Origin: Pseudomonadota bacterium | GTDB taxonomy: Bacteria > Bdellovibrionota_B > Oligoflexia > Silvanigrellales > Silvanigrellaceae | DNA: 64,000 nt | Reading direction: 5' to 3' | Assembly (NCBI GenBank): GCA_039799905.1 | Contig: JBDLRP010000034.1 | Coordinates: 64,001-128,000, forward strand | In this document: positions 48,177 through 58,495 of the stretch, piece after piece | Layout of the letters: each line of letters opens with the position of its first letter | Position numbering within the stretch: position 1 is the first letter of the stretch | Program-made: the position numbers and the translations under genes | Notes under the pieces: model-generated | The model's input: the letters and a program-made list of their open reading frames with translations, nothing else | Told to the model about the DNA's origin: nothing | Database searches by the model: none

Positions 48177-48862
48177 GGATGGACTCCCGCGGTCAGTTGC
48201 AGCCGCGACAGCTGTCCGCGCTCGAGTTCGATACGGCCCGCCAATTGATGTGCAAGTGCATAGTCATGCGTGACGAAAAACAGCGTCGCACCCAATTCCA
48301 TCGACAGGCTGCTGATCAGCCGGAAGACCTGATCGGCACTCTGCGGATCAAGGTTGCCGGTGGGCTCATCACAGAGCATCAGTTTGGGTTTGTTGACAAT
48401 CGCACGTGCGATGGCAACACGTTGCTGTTCTCCACCCGACAACTGGTCGGGCCTGTGTTTGAGGCGAGTACTCAGACCGACCCATTCCAAGGCTTCCTGC
48501 GCTGCAGTTTTTGCCTTTGGATGTCCGGCAATTTCTGCCGCGACGAGGACATTTTCAAGTGCCGTTAAATGCCGCAGAAGTTGAAAAGTTTGGTAGACGA
48601 ATCCCACCTCCCGCGCGCGGAATCTGGACAACTCAGCCTCACCGGCGTTTGAGATCGGAAAACCGTTGAAGCGAATAGCCCCCGAGCTCGGCCGTTCCAA
48701 ACCTGCGAGCATCGACAGCAGCGTGGTTTTGCCACTGCCAGATCTGCCGACGATCCCTAATTGGCTTCCTGATGGTATATTGGCATTAATGGAGTCGAGG
48801 ATCCTCAGACGGAGGCCATCGGGAGAGGGGTATTCTTTTGTTACGTTTTCGATTTCAATCAT
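48173..48862 (-). CDS. ABC transporter ATP-binding protein, YbbA-like
   Basis: [25 protein letters not shown]. Confidence 0.92.
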   Translation of the reverse strand: MIEIENVTKEYPSPDGLRLRILDSINANIPSGSQLGIVGRSGSGKTTLLSMLAGLERPSSGAIRFNGFPISNAGEAELSRFRAREVGFVYQTFQLLRHLTALENVLVAAEIAGHPKAKTAAQEALEWVGLSTRLKHRPDQLSGGEQQRVAIARAIVNKPKLMLCDEPTGNLDPQSADQVFRLISSLSMELGATLFFVTHDYALAHQLAGRIELERGQLSRLQLTAGVHP

Positions 48863-49611
48863 CGCGCTGTATCCTTTCAGTCGCGGCTCAGTTTTTTAAA
48901 GTAAAGCCTCTGGCGCTCGCGGGACTTTGTCTTTTCAGTGCCAGTTGCACAAATCTTGTATTGCAGCGTGCCATGCAAATTCCCGCACCGCAAAACAGTC
49001 AGCCCGCCGCAGCGGTCGAATCCCCAAAAGTTGTCGCTTTTTTGGGTGACAGCCTCACCGCAGGCCCTGGTCTTAGTATGAAAGAAACTCTTCCTGCGGT
49101 CATCCAACAGAAAATTGGCGGACGGCAGTTACCTTGGACAGTGCAAAACTCAGGCGTCAGTGGTGATACTTCCGCGCTTGCAGCCTCGCGCCTGAATTGG
49201 GTCCTGCGCGGAAAGCCCAAGGTTCTTGTCGTGGCCATCGGTTCAAATGACGGTCTGCGCGGTCTTTCGATAGAGGAAATGGAGCGCAACGTGCGGACAA
49301 TTGTTTCGCGCGCACAGACTCAGGGTATCAAGGTGGTTCTTGTCGGACAACAACTGCCGCTCAATTTTCCAGAGGATTACCGGACGAAATTCGCGGCTGT
49401 CTTTCCACGCGTGGCGCGTGAGCACCGTATTCCACTTGTGCCCTTCATGCTTGATGGTGTGGCTCTCAACGAACGTTACGTTCTTGAGGATGGCATCCAT
49501 CCGAATGCGGAGGGAGCACGACGCATTGCGGAAAATATTTGGCCGGTTTTGTTTCCGGTGCTCCGGCAAGCGGGTAAATCCGGCGGCGCGCTGCGTTCGG
49601 CTGAAAATTGA
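48838..49611 (+). CDS. tesA: GDSL/SGNH arylesterase (TesA-like)
   Basis: GDSL, SGVSGDT, GSNDGLRG, DGIHPN. Start uncertain. Confidence 0.88.
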   Translation: MLRFRFQSSRCILSVAAQFFKVKPLALAGLCLFSASCTNLVLQRAMQIPAPQNSQPAAAVESPKVVAFLGDSLTAGPGLSMKETLPAVIQQKIGGRQLPWTVQNSGVSGDTSALAASRLNWVLRGKPKVLVVAIGSNDGLRGLSIEEMERNVRTIVSRAQTQGIKVVLVGQQLPLNFPEDYRTKFAAVFPRVAREHRIPLVPFMLDGVALNERYVLEDGIHPNAEGARRIAENIWPVLFPVLRQAGKSGGALRSAEN

Positions 49612-49619
49612 GGTGATGA

Positions 49620-50114
49620 ATGATAAAATCATCTCTCAATCACAAAGCTCTCAGTCTCTCATTTGTATTGTTCACTGCCTGTCAGCCGCAAACCCGCCAA
49701 GACCGCGCAGCCGTTGGGCCGGATGTGACGCCCGTTGCGGGTGACCCACAGCTTGCGACTCCTGCTGCCGATTCACAACCAGACGCACCCACGCAGACGG
49801 ATTTGGTTTCATTGCAGTGGGAATCAACGCAAAAATCACTCTGCGAGAGTGGAAAGCCTGCCAGCTGCAGCGCGCTTGCCTACGAGGCTTTGCGTTCGCA
49901 GCAAGTTGCAATTGCCCAAGAGTACTTTACGCGCGCTTGTTTGTTGGACGCCCCGCCTCAGCAGTGCGGACAAAACGAACAGTCAGTCAGTGCACTGTCA
50001 CGCGCCTGTTATGAGTTGTCGTTTATCTATCGACAACAAGGCAAAAACGAAGACGCCGACAAGTTCAAAGTTTGCGCCTGCGAACGTGGTTACCGCCCTG
50101 CATGTGGAAGTTGA
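49620..50114 (+). CDS. Cys-rich Sel1-like repeat lipoprotein
   Basis: Lipobox FTAC; LCESG...C, RAC, ACERGYRPAC paired-Cys repeats. Confidence 0.65.
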   Translation: MIKSSLNHKALSLSFVLFTACQPQTRQDRAAVGPDVTPVAGDPQLATPAADSQPDAPTQTDLVSLQWESTQKSLCESGKPASCSALAYEALRSQQVAIAQEYFTRACLLDAPPQQCGQNEQSVSALSRACYELSFIYRQQGKNEDADKFKVCACERGYRPACGS

Positions 50115-50203
50115 CTCAGCTCTGCCGACCAAAAGCCGCAGGCGCCGCGGAGTTTCCGAAGATTATTACCTCCGACATTCATTTTCGGGCAGCGCGCCCT
50201 GAT

Positions 50204-51349
50204 TCATGCTTCCGCTTTTTCCGTTGAGGTCGCTGCCTCACCGCCGACAACCGCCGTAGGTGGTTGCGAAGAGTCGAAAGAGGTGTCGGTTGCGGCGGTA
50301 AAGGTTTCGCCGCGGTATTGGATGATTGTTCCCTGCAGGAGTCTTTCGATGCGGCTGGTGCGGGCTTCGTCCCCGCCAAGAAGTATAAGCCTGGTGCGTT
50401 GGCCGTTCTCGCTGCCGACTTTATTTGCTCTGATGCCACCGTAGATTTGCACTGTTGAACCGAGAATAGCCCCTGGGTTCGACGAGCAAGTGAGGTCGCC
50501 GCCAATCCGAAGATCCGACAGCTGCACCGAATTCTCGACCACCAGATTGCCGAGAACTCCGACCTGGCTCACCTGAATATAGGTGGTCTGGCAGTTGTGC
50601 CAAAATCTCAGGGTGCCAATCATATTTGTTTGAATGCCGCCCTTGGCCTGCACGTCGCCGAAAACTTCAATGTCGGAAGCCTGCCAATGCCCCTCCACTT
50701 CAAGATTTCCGAAAACTCTCCACTTCATTGTGCCAATGAGATCACTCAGAACGTGAACATTGGAATGGAACTCGCACACTGAAAATTCTGGCGCGTGCGC
50801 CTTTTCGATGACGTAAACAAGCTCCAGCGAGACTTCCTGTCCTTCAATTTTGACTTGTCCTGATGCACGCGCAATGACTACGCCATCGGGCTGCAGTTCC
50901 AATCCTGCCGGTAGATTGAGTGTGATGGGTTCTGGTGTCGGCTCTTCTTTTGCTGCAATCGCCTCTCCCAGCAAACTTTTCCCTGGCTGGGGCGGCATTG
51001 GTGGAACAATTCGAATGATCGGCTCATCCATGACGGCATGATCGGCCGGTCGGCGGAGCGATTCGACCCACTCCCATCTGCCCGCTTTGGCTCCTTGCGG
51101 TGGCTCGCCTGAGCAGACCTCAAAATCAGCCCCGCTGTGTGCGCCAGCCCGCGCAGCATCGCGAATTATATTGACAGTTGATTTGTCTGGAGTCTGTTTG
51201 ATGCGGAGTTGAGTCAAAGCCTCAGCGAGTTCTGAGTGTTTGAGGTTGGCGAGGTTGTTTGGAACCTTAACGCCTTTGCGGATGACAAGTGAGAGTTTGT
51301 CATCAGTGAATGTAAGAATGCTGAGCAGGGCGCTGATTGCAGCTGACAT
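50204..51349 (-). CDS. FapA/DUF342-like protein
   Basis: GEPP..G, PG..LLG..I, beta-helix-like repeats (V.G.V.A.GGI). Confidence 0.6.
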   Translation of the reverse strand: MSAAISALLSILTFTDDKLSLVIRKGVKVPNNLANLKHSELAEALTQLRIKQTPDKSTVNIIRDAARAGAHSGADFEVCSGEPPQGAKAGRWEWVESLRRPADHAVMDEPIIRIVPPMPPQPGKSLLGEAIAAKEEPTPEPITLNLPAGLELQPDGVVIARASGQVKIEGQEVSLELVYVIEKAHAPEFSVCEFHSNVHVLSDLIGTMKWRVFGNLEVEGHWQASDIEVFGDVQAKGGIQTNMIGTLRFWHNCQTTYIQVSQVGVLGNLVVENSVQLSDLRIGGDLTCSSNPGAILGSTVQIYGGIRANKVGSENGQRTRLILLGGDEARTSRIERLLQGTIIQYRGETFTAATDTSFDSSQPPTAVVGGEAATSTEKAEA

Positions 51350-51364
51350 CCGCTGACGTCCCTT

Positions 51365-53083
51365 TCAGTTCATAGGAAGCAAATGAGAAATTGTTCCCTG
51401 TCCTGTATCGCATAGTGCAAAGATGCCATGAGTTGTTTCGACATTCCAGCCTGCGGACTGACAAACTTCCGATACCTCGACAGGAATAAGCAATATAGAG
51501 CGTTGTTCCTCCTGCATGACGGATTCGCCCTGATAAATGCCCGCCATGCGTTTTCTGTGTGGTGTTTGAGGAAGTAATCTGATCAGTGGTTCCAGCTTGG
51601 GAAGATAAAAGAGTTGCGTCTGCCGGGGGAGGGTTGTGATCGATGATTCCAGCGCGTGCCATATAAATCGACCGCGCAGTTCATTCGCGAAGTAAAGAAA
51701 CGCGACAACCGAGCAGAGCGCAAAATGAGCGAACTTGGCTGCGCGCGATTTGTTACCTGTATTTCCACAACGCAGTGAGCCATAAAAAAAGTAAGCGCCG
51801 ATCATTGTTAAGAACACCGTTGTCAGACAGAGAAACGGAAAGCTTTTCCAGAGACGTTCCAGTCCATAGACCGTTGCGGCAAGGTCTGGCACCGCGCGGG
51901 TTGTGGGAGAAAGGAGAAGTATGATGCCGATGATCAGTGCCGATAGCAGGCCTGTAGCAAACACCCAGAGGAGTGAATTTGCAAGACTCAGAAAAAGCGT
52001 TTTAGTCTGAGTTTTTGCCTGCGGTGTTTGATAGACGGTCATCAGTGCCAGCAAAAGAACGTCGGCCGCTGCCGGAGTCTTTTGAAAGTAACAAAGCTGC
52101 GCGGCTGCGCTGACGATGAGCATCTGCGTAAAGCTGTCTCGCGATTTGACTGGTAGTGCCACCGAGGCGGCAAATCGGCGCAGGTTGACGAGCCCAAGCC
52201 AAAGACTCAAAACCTTCCAAGGAAGAACCGCACCCTGCCAAACGACCGATATGTATCGTGGTTCATTGAGATGCAGCCATCGTTGTGTGAGATGACCGAC
52301 GAGCGTTTCGTAGGAACCGTTCGTCATGAACAAGAAAATAAAAATGGCCGCGAAAACGGAGACGGCGAACGCCGTTTGTTTGACCAGTTGTGCTTTGAAC
52401 GGTTGCAGTAGAATCCAAACCAGCGTCGCGGGTGCGATCGAATAAATCCAAGTTCTGGAATGGGCGCAAGCCAGCGCAGATGCGCCGACGGCGAGCCAGC
52501 GCAAGGTTTGGTTGCGGTCCTTGTCGAGTTTTGATGTTGCCGGCGCGGTGCGCGCGATTGATGCAAGTCCGATGAGGATAAAAAGTTGTTCGGCCGCACC
52601 CCAGCGGACAAAAAGCAGCAGTAAAGGGAGCATGACCGCTGTTTGCAGGGGTACCCGTCGTTGCTCAATTGAGCTCAATGGATTGGCGGGTTTCATTCTG
52701 AGAATCAGAAATGCTGTTATTGCCAACTGCAGACACAACAGTCTGTGGGCTGCCAAGTCGGTTTGGCCGATGATTGACGACCAGAACGTGCTGCTGAGTC
52801 CTTGTAAATAGTCGCTGAGTGTTCTGACAAATGAATCGAACCATTGCGCGGAATAGGGTGGTTTTTGCAGCTCAAGCGTTGTTTGTAATGCCGCCGTTTG
52901 AGCGGATGTATCCGACAGATCGATTGTCACGCTTGTTCTTTTGAGGGATGCTAGATGAAAGATCTCATTCCATGTAACCGGTGGCCTGAAGAGCGTGAGA
53001 AACGAGCCAATGATTAAAAACAATCCAGCGAAGCGTTGCCATGCGACGCTGCGTAGATTTTTTTGTGTATCGGCTTCTGCCAT
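51365..53083 (-). CDS. Hypothetical polytopic membrane protein
   Basis: Many hydrophobic helices; start moved to ATG 53083 to avoid the divergent overlap. Confidence 0.6.
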   Translation of the reverse strand: MAEADTQKNLRSVAWQRFAGLFLIIGSFLTLFRPPVTWNEIFHLASLKRTSVTIDLSDTSAQTAALQTTLELQKPPYSAQWFDSFVRTLSDYLQGLSSTFWSSIIGQTDLAAHRLLCLQLAITAFLILRMKPANPLSSIEQRRVPLQTAVMLPLLLLFVRWGAAEQLFILIGLASIARTAPATSKLDKDRNQTLRWLAVGASALACAHSRTWIYSIAPATLVWILLQPFKAQLVKQTAFAVSVFAAIFIFLFMTNGSYETLVGHLTQRWLHLNEPRYISVVWQGAVLPWKVLSLWLGLVNLRRFAASVALPVKSRDSFTQMLIVSAAAQLCYFQKTPAAADVLLLALMTVYQTPQAKTQTKTLFLSLANSLLWVFATGLLSALIIGIILLLSPTTRAVPDLAATVYGLERLWKSFPFLCLTTVFLTMIGAYFFYGSLRCGNTGNKSRAAKFAHFALCSVVAFLYFANELRGRFIWHALESSITTLPRQTQLFYLPKLEPLIRLLPQTPHRKRMAGIYQGESVMQEEQRSILLIPVEVSEVCQSAGWNVETTHGIFALCDTGQGTISHLLPMN

Positions 53084-53096
53084 CCGTGTCGTTCTC

Positions 53097-54653
53097 GTGA
53101 GAGCGTTGTTGGTATTTTTGACCGCTCTGAATATTACAGGACAAGCTGCGGAAAAAGCCACTCCGGCGTCCGTCCAGAGTAAAACCGGAATGAATTTGCA
53201 TTCTGTGCTGACCTTGGCCGAGCCAGAGTTGAGTGTGTTGCAGTGGCAGCAGGTCAGTTTGGGAGACGCGCATCCCCGGCTCGCTCCCCTTTTCGATGTT
53301 CGCAAATTGATAGGGGTCGCAAAGCCTGTTCAGCCTGCAGCTCAGCAGGGGGCGTCAGACATTGGCGGCTACCTGTTTAATCCCGAGTCGTACACCGCTG
53401 TTGAGCCGCGTCTGAACCGATTGGTCAATCGTTCGCGTATTCAGCTTTTGCCAGGCAGTCAGCAGCGTGCCTATTTTGGTCTCCTGCATTCGCATACATT
53501 TTCATCCGACGGGATGGGCGACGCGCGTGACGCCTTTCGCATGGCGCGTGATGTGGCTTCTTTGGATTTCTTTGCAGTCACTGACCACGCGGAATACTGG
53601 TGGAAGAAATCTTCCAGCGAATGGCAGCGTCAACAAGCCATTGCTCGAGAAGAGACGCGGGCAGACTTCATTGCTCTCAGTGGATTTGAATATAGCCATC
53701 CTGTGCAGGGGCATGTGGTGGTTCTCAATTCCAAAGGATGGATTAGTTTTCTGCAGGCGGGTTCGCTGCAAGGTTTTTTTGACTGGCTTGCGACACCGCA
53801 GCAATCCGAGGCGCTGGCCATTTTTGCGCACCCCGGTTTTCATACCTACAGAAACTGGTTTGATTTGCGTCATTTTAAACTTGATTCACGAGTCCGACAG
53901 CATTTTGTGGGTGTTGAAACCATACACAAGAATGTCTGGCGAAAGTCGTTGCGCGGCTATGGTGGGCGGGTCTCGCATCTCGATGAGGCGCTTTCTGCGG
54001 GGTGGTGGCTTGGCCCGCTTGCATCGCAAGACAATCACACTCCTTCGTGGGGCGTCGCAGATCATGGCCGCATTGCGGTTCTGCTTGATGAGCTTTCAAA
54101 GGAATCGTTGTTGTCCGCTCTTTCAAAGAGGCGCTTCTACAGTACGCAGAGTCCCCAGCTTCAGCTGGCGCTGGGATTGTACGATGCGCGCGGGCTGCGT
54201 GGGCAAATGGGTGACTCGTTGAATCGTGATGAATTGAGCGAAGGCGAGGTTTTCTTGCGGCTGCGCATCCTTGAGCCCAATCCACTGACGCCTCCGCAGA
54301 GAATCGAATTCCTGATCAACGGTCGATTGAGTCGCGAACTGACGTTTCTAGATAATCCATCGCCCGCAAATGAGATGGGTTTTCTTGCCGAAAAGGCGCA
54401 CCGATCGTCATGGTTGCAGCGTCTCATTAACAATGGGCTAGTCACGGTGTCTCCGTTTGAGACGGTATTGAACATCCGCGAGCCAGCAGAGCCGGAAATT
54501 TTCGATGTGCACGTTCCCGTGACTTTGTTGCCATGCCCACAGAAAAAGCGCCCCGCGGTAGCATCATTGGCATCTGTTGTTGTGCGTTTCTATCAGGGCG
54601 ATAGAGGGCAATATATGACCCAAACTTCGCCGCTCACAGTTGTTTGTCGGTGA
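53097..54653 (+). CDS. Secreted PHP-fold metallohydrolase (CehA/McbA-like)
   Basis: HSHT..SDG, VTDH, GFEY..GH, AHPG, QDNH; GTG 53097 gives a signal-like N-terminus (start uncertain). Confidence 0.8.
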   Translation: MRALLVFLTALNITGQAAEKATPASVQSKTGMNLHSVLTLAEPELSVLQWQQVSLGDAHPRLAPLFDVRKLIGVAKPVQPAAQQGASDIGGYLFNPESYTAVEPRLNRLVNRSRIQLLPGSQQRAYFGLLHSHTFSSDGMGDARDAFRMARDVASLDFFAVTDHAEYWWKKSSSEWQRQQAIAREETRADFIALSGFEYSHPVQGHVVVLNSKGWISFLQAGSLQGFFDWLATPQQSEALAIFAHPGFHTYRNWFDLRHFKLDSRVRQHFVGVETIHKNVWRKSLRGYGGRVSHLDEALSAGWWLGPLASQDNHTPSWGVADHGRIAVLLDELSKESLLSALSKRRFYSTQSPQLQLALGLYDARGLRGQMGDSLNRDELSEGEVFLRLRILEPNPLTPPQRIEFLINGRLSRELTFLDNPSPANEMGFLAEKAHRSSWLQRLINNGLVTVSPFETVLNIREPAEPEIFDVHVPVTLLPCPQKKRPAVASLASVVVRFYQGDRGQYMTQTSPLTVVCR

Positions 54654-54680
54654 GGGGCCTCCCCTGCGCGAGCGGGTGGT

Positions 54681-55031
54681 TTATTGTCTTGCACTCCACT
54701 TTGGTTTGATTTTGATGATTTTTTTGGGGCTATTGCTGTTCAATTTGCCTGCTGAGGAAGGTTGCTCGATGGGCTTTGTCGGTGTTTCGTTGACAATCAC
54801 AACGTCCTCTGTCGAAACAATGGTCACAGAGTTGTAGTCATGCAAGTCATTGCTGCGTGAATCCTCTGTCACCGGTTTTTCCTGAGTCAGTTGTCTGTCT
54901 ATTTCCTCGGTGCTGAAGATGGCTTCGTCTTCTTCAAGGCTGTAGTCCCTGTTCGGATTGAAATCCTGGCCGCATGCGTTCAAACAGAATGCACTCAGCA
55001 GGGTGGCGATAAGGCTAGTTGTGATTCTCAT
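54681..55031 (-). CDS. Small hypothetical lipoprotein
   Basis: GGAGGT SD; lipobox LNAC; acidic low-complexity body and basic tail. Confidence 0.65.
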   Translation of the reverse strand: MRITTSLIATLLSAFCLNACGQDFNPNRDYSLEEDEAIFSTEEIDRQLTQEKPVTEDSRSNDLHDYNSVTIVSTEDVVIVNETPTKPIEQPSSAGKLNSNSPKKIIKIKPKWSARQ

Positions 55032-55209
55032 GGACAGACCTCCGAAGTGATTTTGTCTTCTACTATGACATTTCGGAGTTTTAATTTTCTTTATTATAGG
55101 GCGTAATGACGGAAAATAAGTAAGATTAATGATTATATACTGTTATGGTTTAAAAATAATATTTTAAGAATGCCAAAGAGTAATGAGATGCCCGTGTGAA
55201 TGATTACTT

Positions 55210-56907
55210 TTATGGGCGTGGGCGAAGCTGCGGACGCGACATAAAGAGAAGCAGCGCTGTTCCGAGGAATCCCAGAATGATGAGGGGCACATCACCCACA
55301 CGTGCATAGAGAGTTCTGTTTTCCATGACGGGAAGCCGCGCAATTGCGAAGCCTCGTGACATCAGACCGAGCATTTGCGTTGCAGGCTCACCGGTTGGCG
55401 TGAGAGCCACACTCGGCCCCGTGTTGGCCGCCAAAACAAAACTGCGCCCGTTTTCGATGGCTCGAAAACGTCCGAGCTGCAAAAACTCAAACGCCGCGTT
55501 GCTCTTCCACATCCATAGAAAATTTGCCTGATTCACGTATATGGCGGCGTTGCCGAGTGTGGACTGTGCGCGCGTCAGGTCGGCCGAAATTGCATCGAAG
55601 CAGATGAGCGGAGCTACAGAATCGAATGGTGTGTAGGCTAGTGCATCGTAGGATGTTCCGCGGCCAACTTTGGAGACGTTGTTGACGTTGTCGCGGACGA
55701 TGTCCCCGAGCCAAGGAAACTTTTCCTCGAGCGGCACAGACTCGCCAAAAGGCATGGGAATCCACTTCTTGAATTTTTGACTGACCGATCCGTCGGTTCT
55801 CAGCAAAAAAGACACCGAATACATCGTCGCCTTTCGCGCGCCCAGCGTGTTGAGCTCGTCTTTGTCGAACTCCGATGCCTGGACGAGAACCGGCGCTTTC
55901 CATTCTTGGATTTTTTTTCTGACTATCTCCTGCTCGTCCTGCGACCAGGCAAAATCGAATGGGGCAACGCTTTCAGGCCAGACAATCAAATCAACTTTGT
56001 TGTTTTCACCGGCGCTGGCCATCATCTCGTCCGTCAATTCAAGCAACGAGGTGGTTGATTGAAGGACTGCTTCCTTCGCAAGATTCTGATTGCGCGGCAG
56101 TCCGGGGAAGCGGAAATTGGGTTGTACAAATCCAACTGTGGTTGTGCGCGCTTTTTCCTGCTCGGCTCGTTGCGATTTCAAACGCTCATTGCCGATTGCA
56201 AAGATCGCCAGCCAGGCAACAGCTGTTGAACTCAGGGTGATGGCAAAGCGTCCGGGGTTGCGTGCAGGATCTGTGAAAGCTTTGGCCAGCACGAAATTGC
56301 TTGCCAGCACGAACAATGTAAGCCCCGATGAACCAATCCACGCCGCCCATTGTGAAACCGACAGTGATCCGTGCATGAGATTGCCATAGGTCCAGTGAAA
56401 AAATCGCGGGATAAAAAGCTCAAGCAATGCTATGACAGGGACAATCGCCCAGATGGGAAACGGTGCTACACCACGTTTGGAGCATCGTGCGGCATTCCAT
56501 ATGAGCGGAAAGAACAACAGAGGAAAATAGAGTCCCGCCAGAATGCAATAAACCACAAACAAGAGATGACTGATGAGCGGCGACAGCTCACCGAACAGGA
56601 CTGCCGGAACAGTCACCCAGTTGAATGCCACTGACGTCAGCGCCGCGCCGGCGATCCAAACGAGGACGAAAGCTTCAAGCCCGCGTGTGAAGGGTGTGAC
56701 TTGTCGCAGTGTGGTCGAGTGGGCGCGCGCGGGCGACTGGTAGGTTGTGGGCAATCGTTCAATCGCAATCAGCAGGGGAACCAGCGCAAAGGGAATCACC
56801 CAAGCCTGCGGTGCGTTGACTGTAAAGTCGCGCGGAAAGCCAAGAGACGTCAAAAGTCCGCTGATGATGGCCGCCAGAATGCTCCATATTTTCGGGTATC
56901 TCAACAT
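55210..56907 (-). CDS. lnt: Apolipoprotein N-acyltransferase
   Basis: TM N-terminus; VQPN, WPES, K..PMPFGE.VP, ICFD, RAIEN, ANTG.S. Confidence 0.92.
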   Translation of the reverse strand: MLRYPKIWSILAAIISGLLTSLGFPRDFTVNAPQAWVIPFALVPLLIAIERLPTTYQSPARAHSTTLRQVTPFTRGLEAFVLVWIAGAALTSVAFNWVTVPAVLFGELSPLISHLLFVVYCILAGLYFPLLFFPLIWNAARCSKRGVAPFPIWAIVPVIALLELFIPRFFHWTYGNLMHGSLSVSQWAAWIGSSGLTLFVLASNFVLAKAFTDPARNPGRFAITLSSTAVAWLAIFAIGNERLKSQRAEQEKARTTTVGFVQPNFRFPGLPRNQNLAKEAVLQSTTSLLELTDEMMASAGENNKVDLIVWPESVAPFDFAWSQDEQEIVRKKIQEWKAPVLVQASEFDKDELNTLGARKATMYSVSFLLRTDGSVSQKFKKWIPMPFGESVPLEEKFPWLGDIVRDNVNNVSKVGRGTSYDALAYTPFDSVAPLICFDAISADLTRAQSTLGNAAIYVNQANFLWMWKSNAAFEFLQLGRFRAIENGRSFVLAANTGPSVALTPTGEPATQMLGLMSRGFAIARLPVMENRTLYARVGDVPLIILGFLGTALLLFMSRPQLRPRP

Positions 56908-56978
56908 TGTCTGCTTTCATGTCCGGAGTTTGAGAAAATTCACCCTATATGTAACATGGTGCAAGCGGAGGTCAAAAC

Positions 56979-58244
56979 ATGACTCAATCATTCCCTTCTT
57001 CCTCACTCGTGACTCATGCGCGGGTACCTGTTCTCGCTGCGTTTGGTCTTTTCTCAATTGCTGTCAGTGCCGGAGCATTTGCATCCACGAAAAGCAGCAA
57101 AAATGTTGCTGATACAAAGGCAGCCATCGAGTCGGTGGAATCAGAGAAGGATACTGCGGCGGACAATCTTCAAGGGCAAAAGCCCTACGCGAGCTTCACG
57201 CGCCTCCGTCACGACTTTGGTGATATCACGCGCGGGCAGAAGGTTTCTTTTGCGTTTGAATTTCAGAACACTGGCAGCGGTGTGCTGCAGATTCGCTCCA
57301 TTCACGCAGCCTGTGGTTGTGTCAATACACGAATTGAACCCAAGGATGTTTTTCAGCCGGGTGAAAAAGGCAAGATATCGTTCGAGTTCGACTCGTCGTA
57401 TTTTTCTGGTCAAATCGTCCGCACTTTGACGCTCGATACAAACCAGACGCGCAATTCAACCCAGACCCTGACATTCACCGCAAACGTGCGCGAGGAGATT
57501 CGCTCTGTGCCCGCATTGCTGGGCGTCGGCGAAATTTTGCCCGAGTATAATAAGGCATGGTTGATTCAATTGCCGACGGCTTTGCGTGCGGCTGGCAATG
57601 AGCCTGAGTCGCTGCCGGCAGGTGCCGAAAAAGCCGGAGTGCCCTCGGCAGTTATGGGGCAGCTCAGGGATGCAACCGAGGTCAAGCCGATTTTTGTGAC
57701 TTCAAGTCATCCGGCGATTGCGGCCGAGATTGTTCCACCGGCGACAAAGGGCAGTGACTACCAATTGAAGGTAACCTTCAAAGGAAATCTACCCATAGGT
57801 GCGCTGCGCGAAAAAGTGACTGTTTGGAATTCGTCGCGCTATCTGAAGGAACTCATTGTGCCGATCTACGGAGAGGTTGTCGGTCACGTCAAACAAAGCG
57901 CAAAATATGTTGAATTCGGTGTTGTCACTCGCCCCGATGCAGTCCGGCGAACGTTGACGTTCAGCTCCGATCGCAAAGACTTTCTTGTTGAGAGCGTGAG
58001 CGCAGAACTGCGCCGCACGGATGCGCTCGAAGGGGTTTCCATTGCAGACATCTTGAAATATTCTTCGGTCCGCAGTGGCGAATCGACTCAGGTAAACTTT
58101 GAATTGCGCTATCCGGAAGCCCTCACTGCGTCGTTCTTGCCCGTCAATGCTTCAGGCGTGTTTATCATCAAAACAAACGATCCCGATTACAAAGAAGTGA
58201 AGGTGCCGTTTTTTGGAGTCCTCCGTCAGGAGAATAAGCGATGA
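56979..58244 (+). CDS. Secreted DUF1573 (Ig-like) domain protein
   Basis: DFGDI..G, FQNTG..L.I, ACGC, PGEKG. Confidence 0.8.
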   Translation: MTQSFPSSSLVTHARVPVLAAFGLFSIAVSAGAFASTKSSKNVADTKAAIESVESEKDTAADNLQGQKPYASFTRLRHDFGDITRGQKVSFAFEFQNTGSGVLQIRSIHAACGCVNTRIEPKDVFQPGEKGKISFEFDSSYFSGQIVRTLTLDTNQTRNSTQTLTFTANVREEIRSVPALLGVGEILPEYNKAWLIQLPTALRAAGNEPESLPAGAEKAGVPSAVMGQLRDATEVKPIFVTSSHPAIAAEIVPPATKGSDYQLKVTFKGNLPIGALREKVTVWNSSRYLKELIVPIYGEVVGHVKQSAKYVEFGVVTRPDAVRRTLTFSSDRKDFLVESVSAELRRTDALEGVSIADILKYSSVRSGESTQVNFELRYPEALTASFLPVNASGVFIIKTNDPDYKEVKVPFFGVLRQENKR

Positions 58245-58492
58245 GCGAAAATACTCAGCAAAGCATCCCGACGGCAGCTGAATCACCTGCGGCACCTGCT
58301 GCGGCGCAGGCTCCCGTGGCACAGGTGCTCACTCGTGTGCACAAACTTGATTCAATTCCTGAACGTTCATTTTGGTTTGGTCATATTATCTTCACGGTTC
58401 TTGCGCTCGCCGGTTTGGTGTTTATCTTATGGGCGCGCGGCCCGCGTCGGCATGATGCCATTGTCAGCAGCGCATCCGAAGGAAAGGAATGA
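58241..58492 (+). CDS. Small single-pass membrane protein
   Basis: ATGA overlap with the upstream gene, AGGAG SD, one TM helix. Confidence 0.65.
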   Translation: MSENTQQSIPTAAESPAAPAAAQAPVAQVLTRVHKLDSIPERSFWFGHIIFTVLALAGLVFILWARGPRRHDAIVSSASEGKE

Positions 58493-58495
58493 ATC

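Noticed and set aside
45507..49611. Overlapping divergent ABC / esterase arrangement as novel
   Set aside because: Matches the well-known ybbAP/tesA layout.
55126..55153. dif-like site (TTATGG.. arm)
   Set aside because: Poor XerD match and no ATAA-ending XerC arm at 6-nt spacing.
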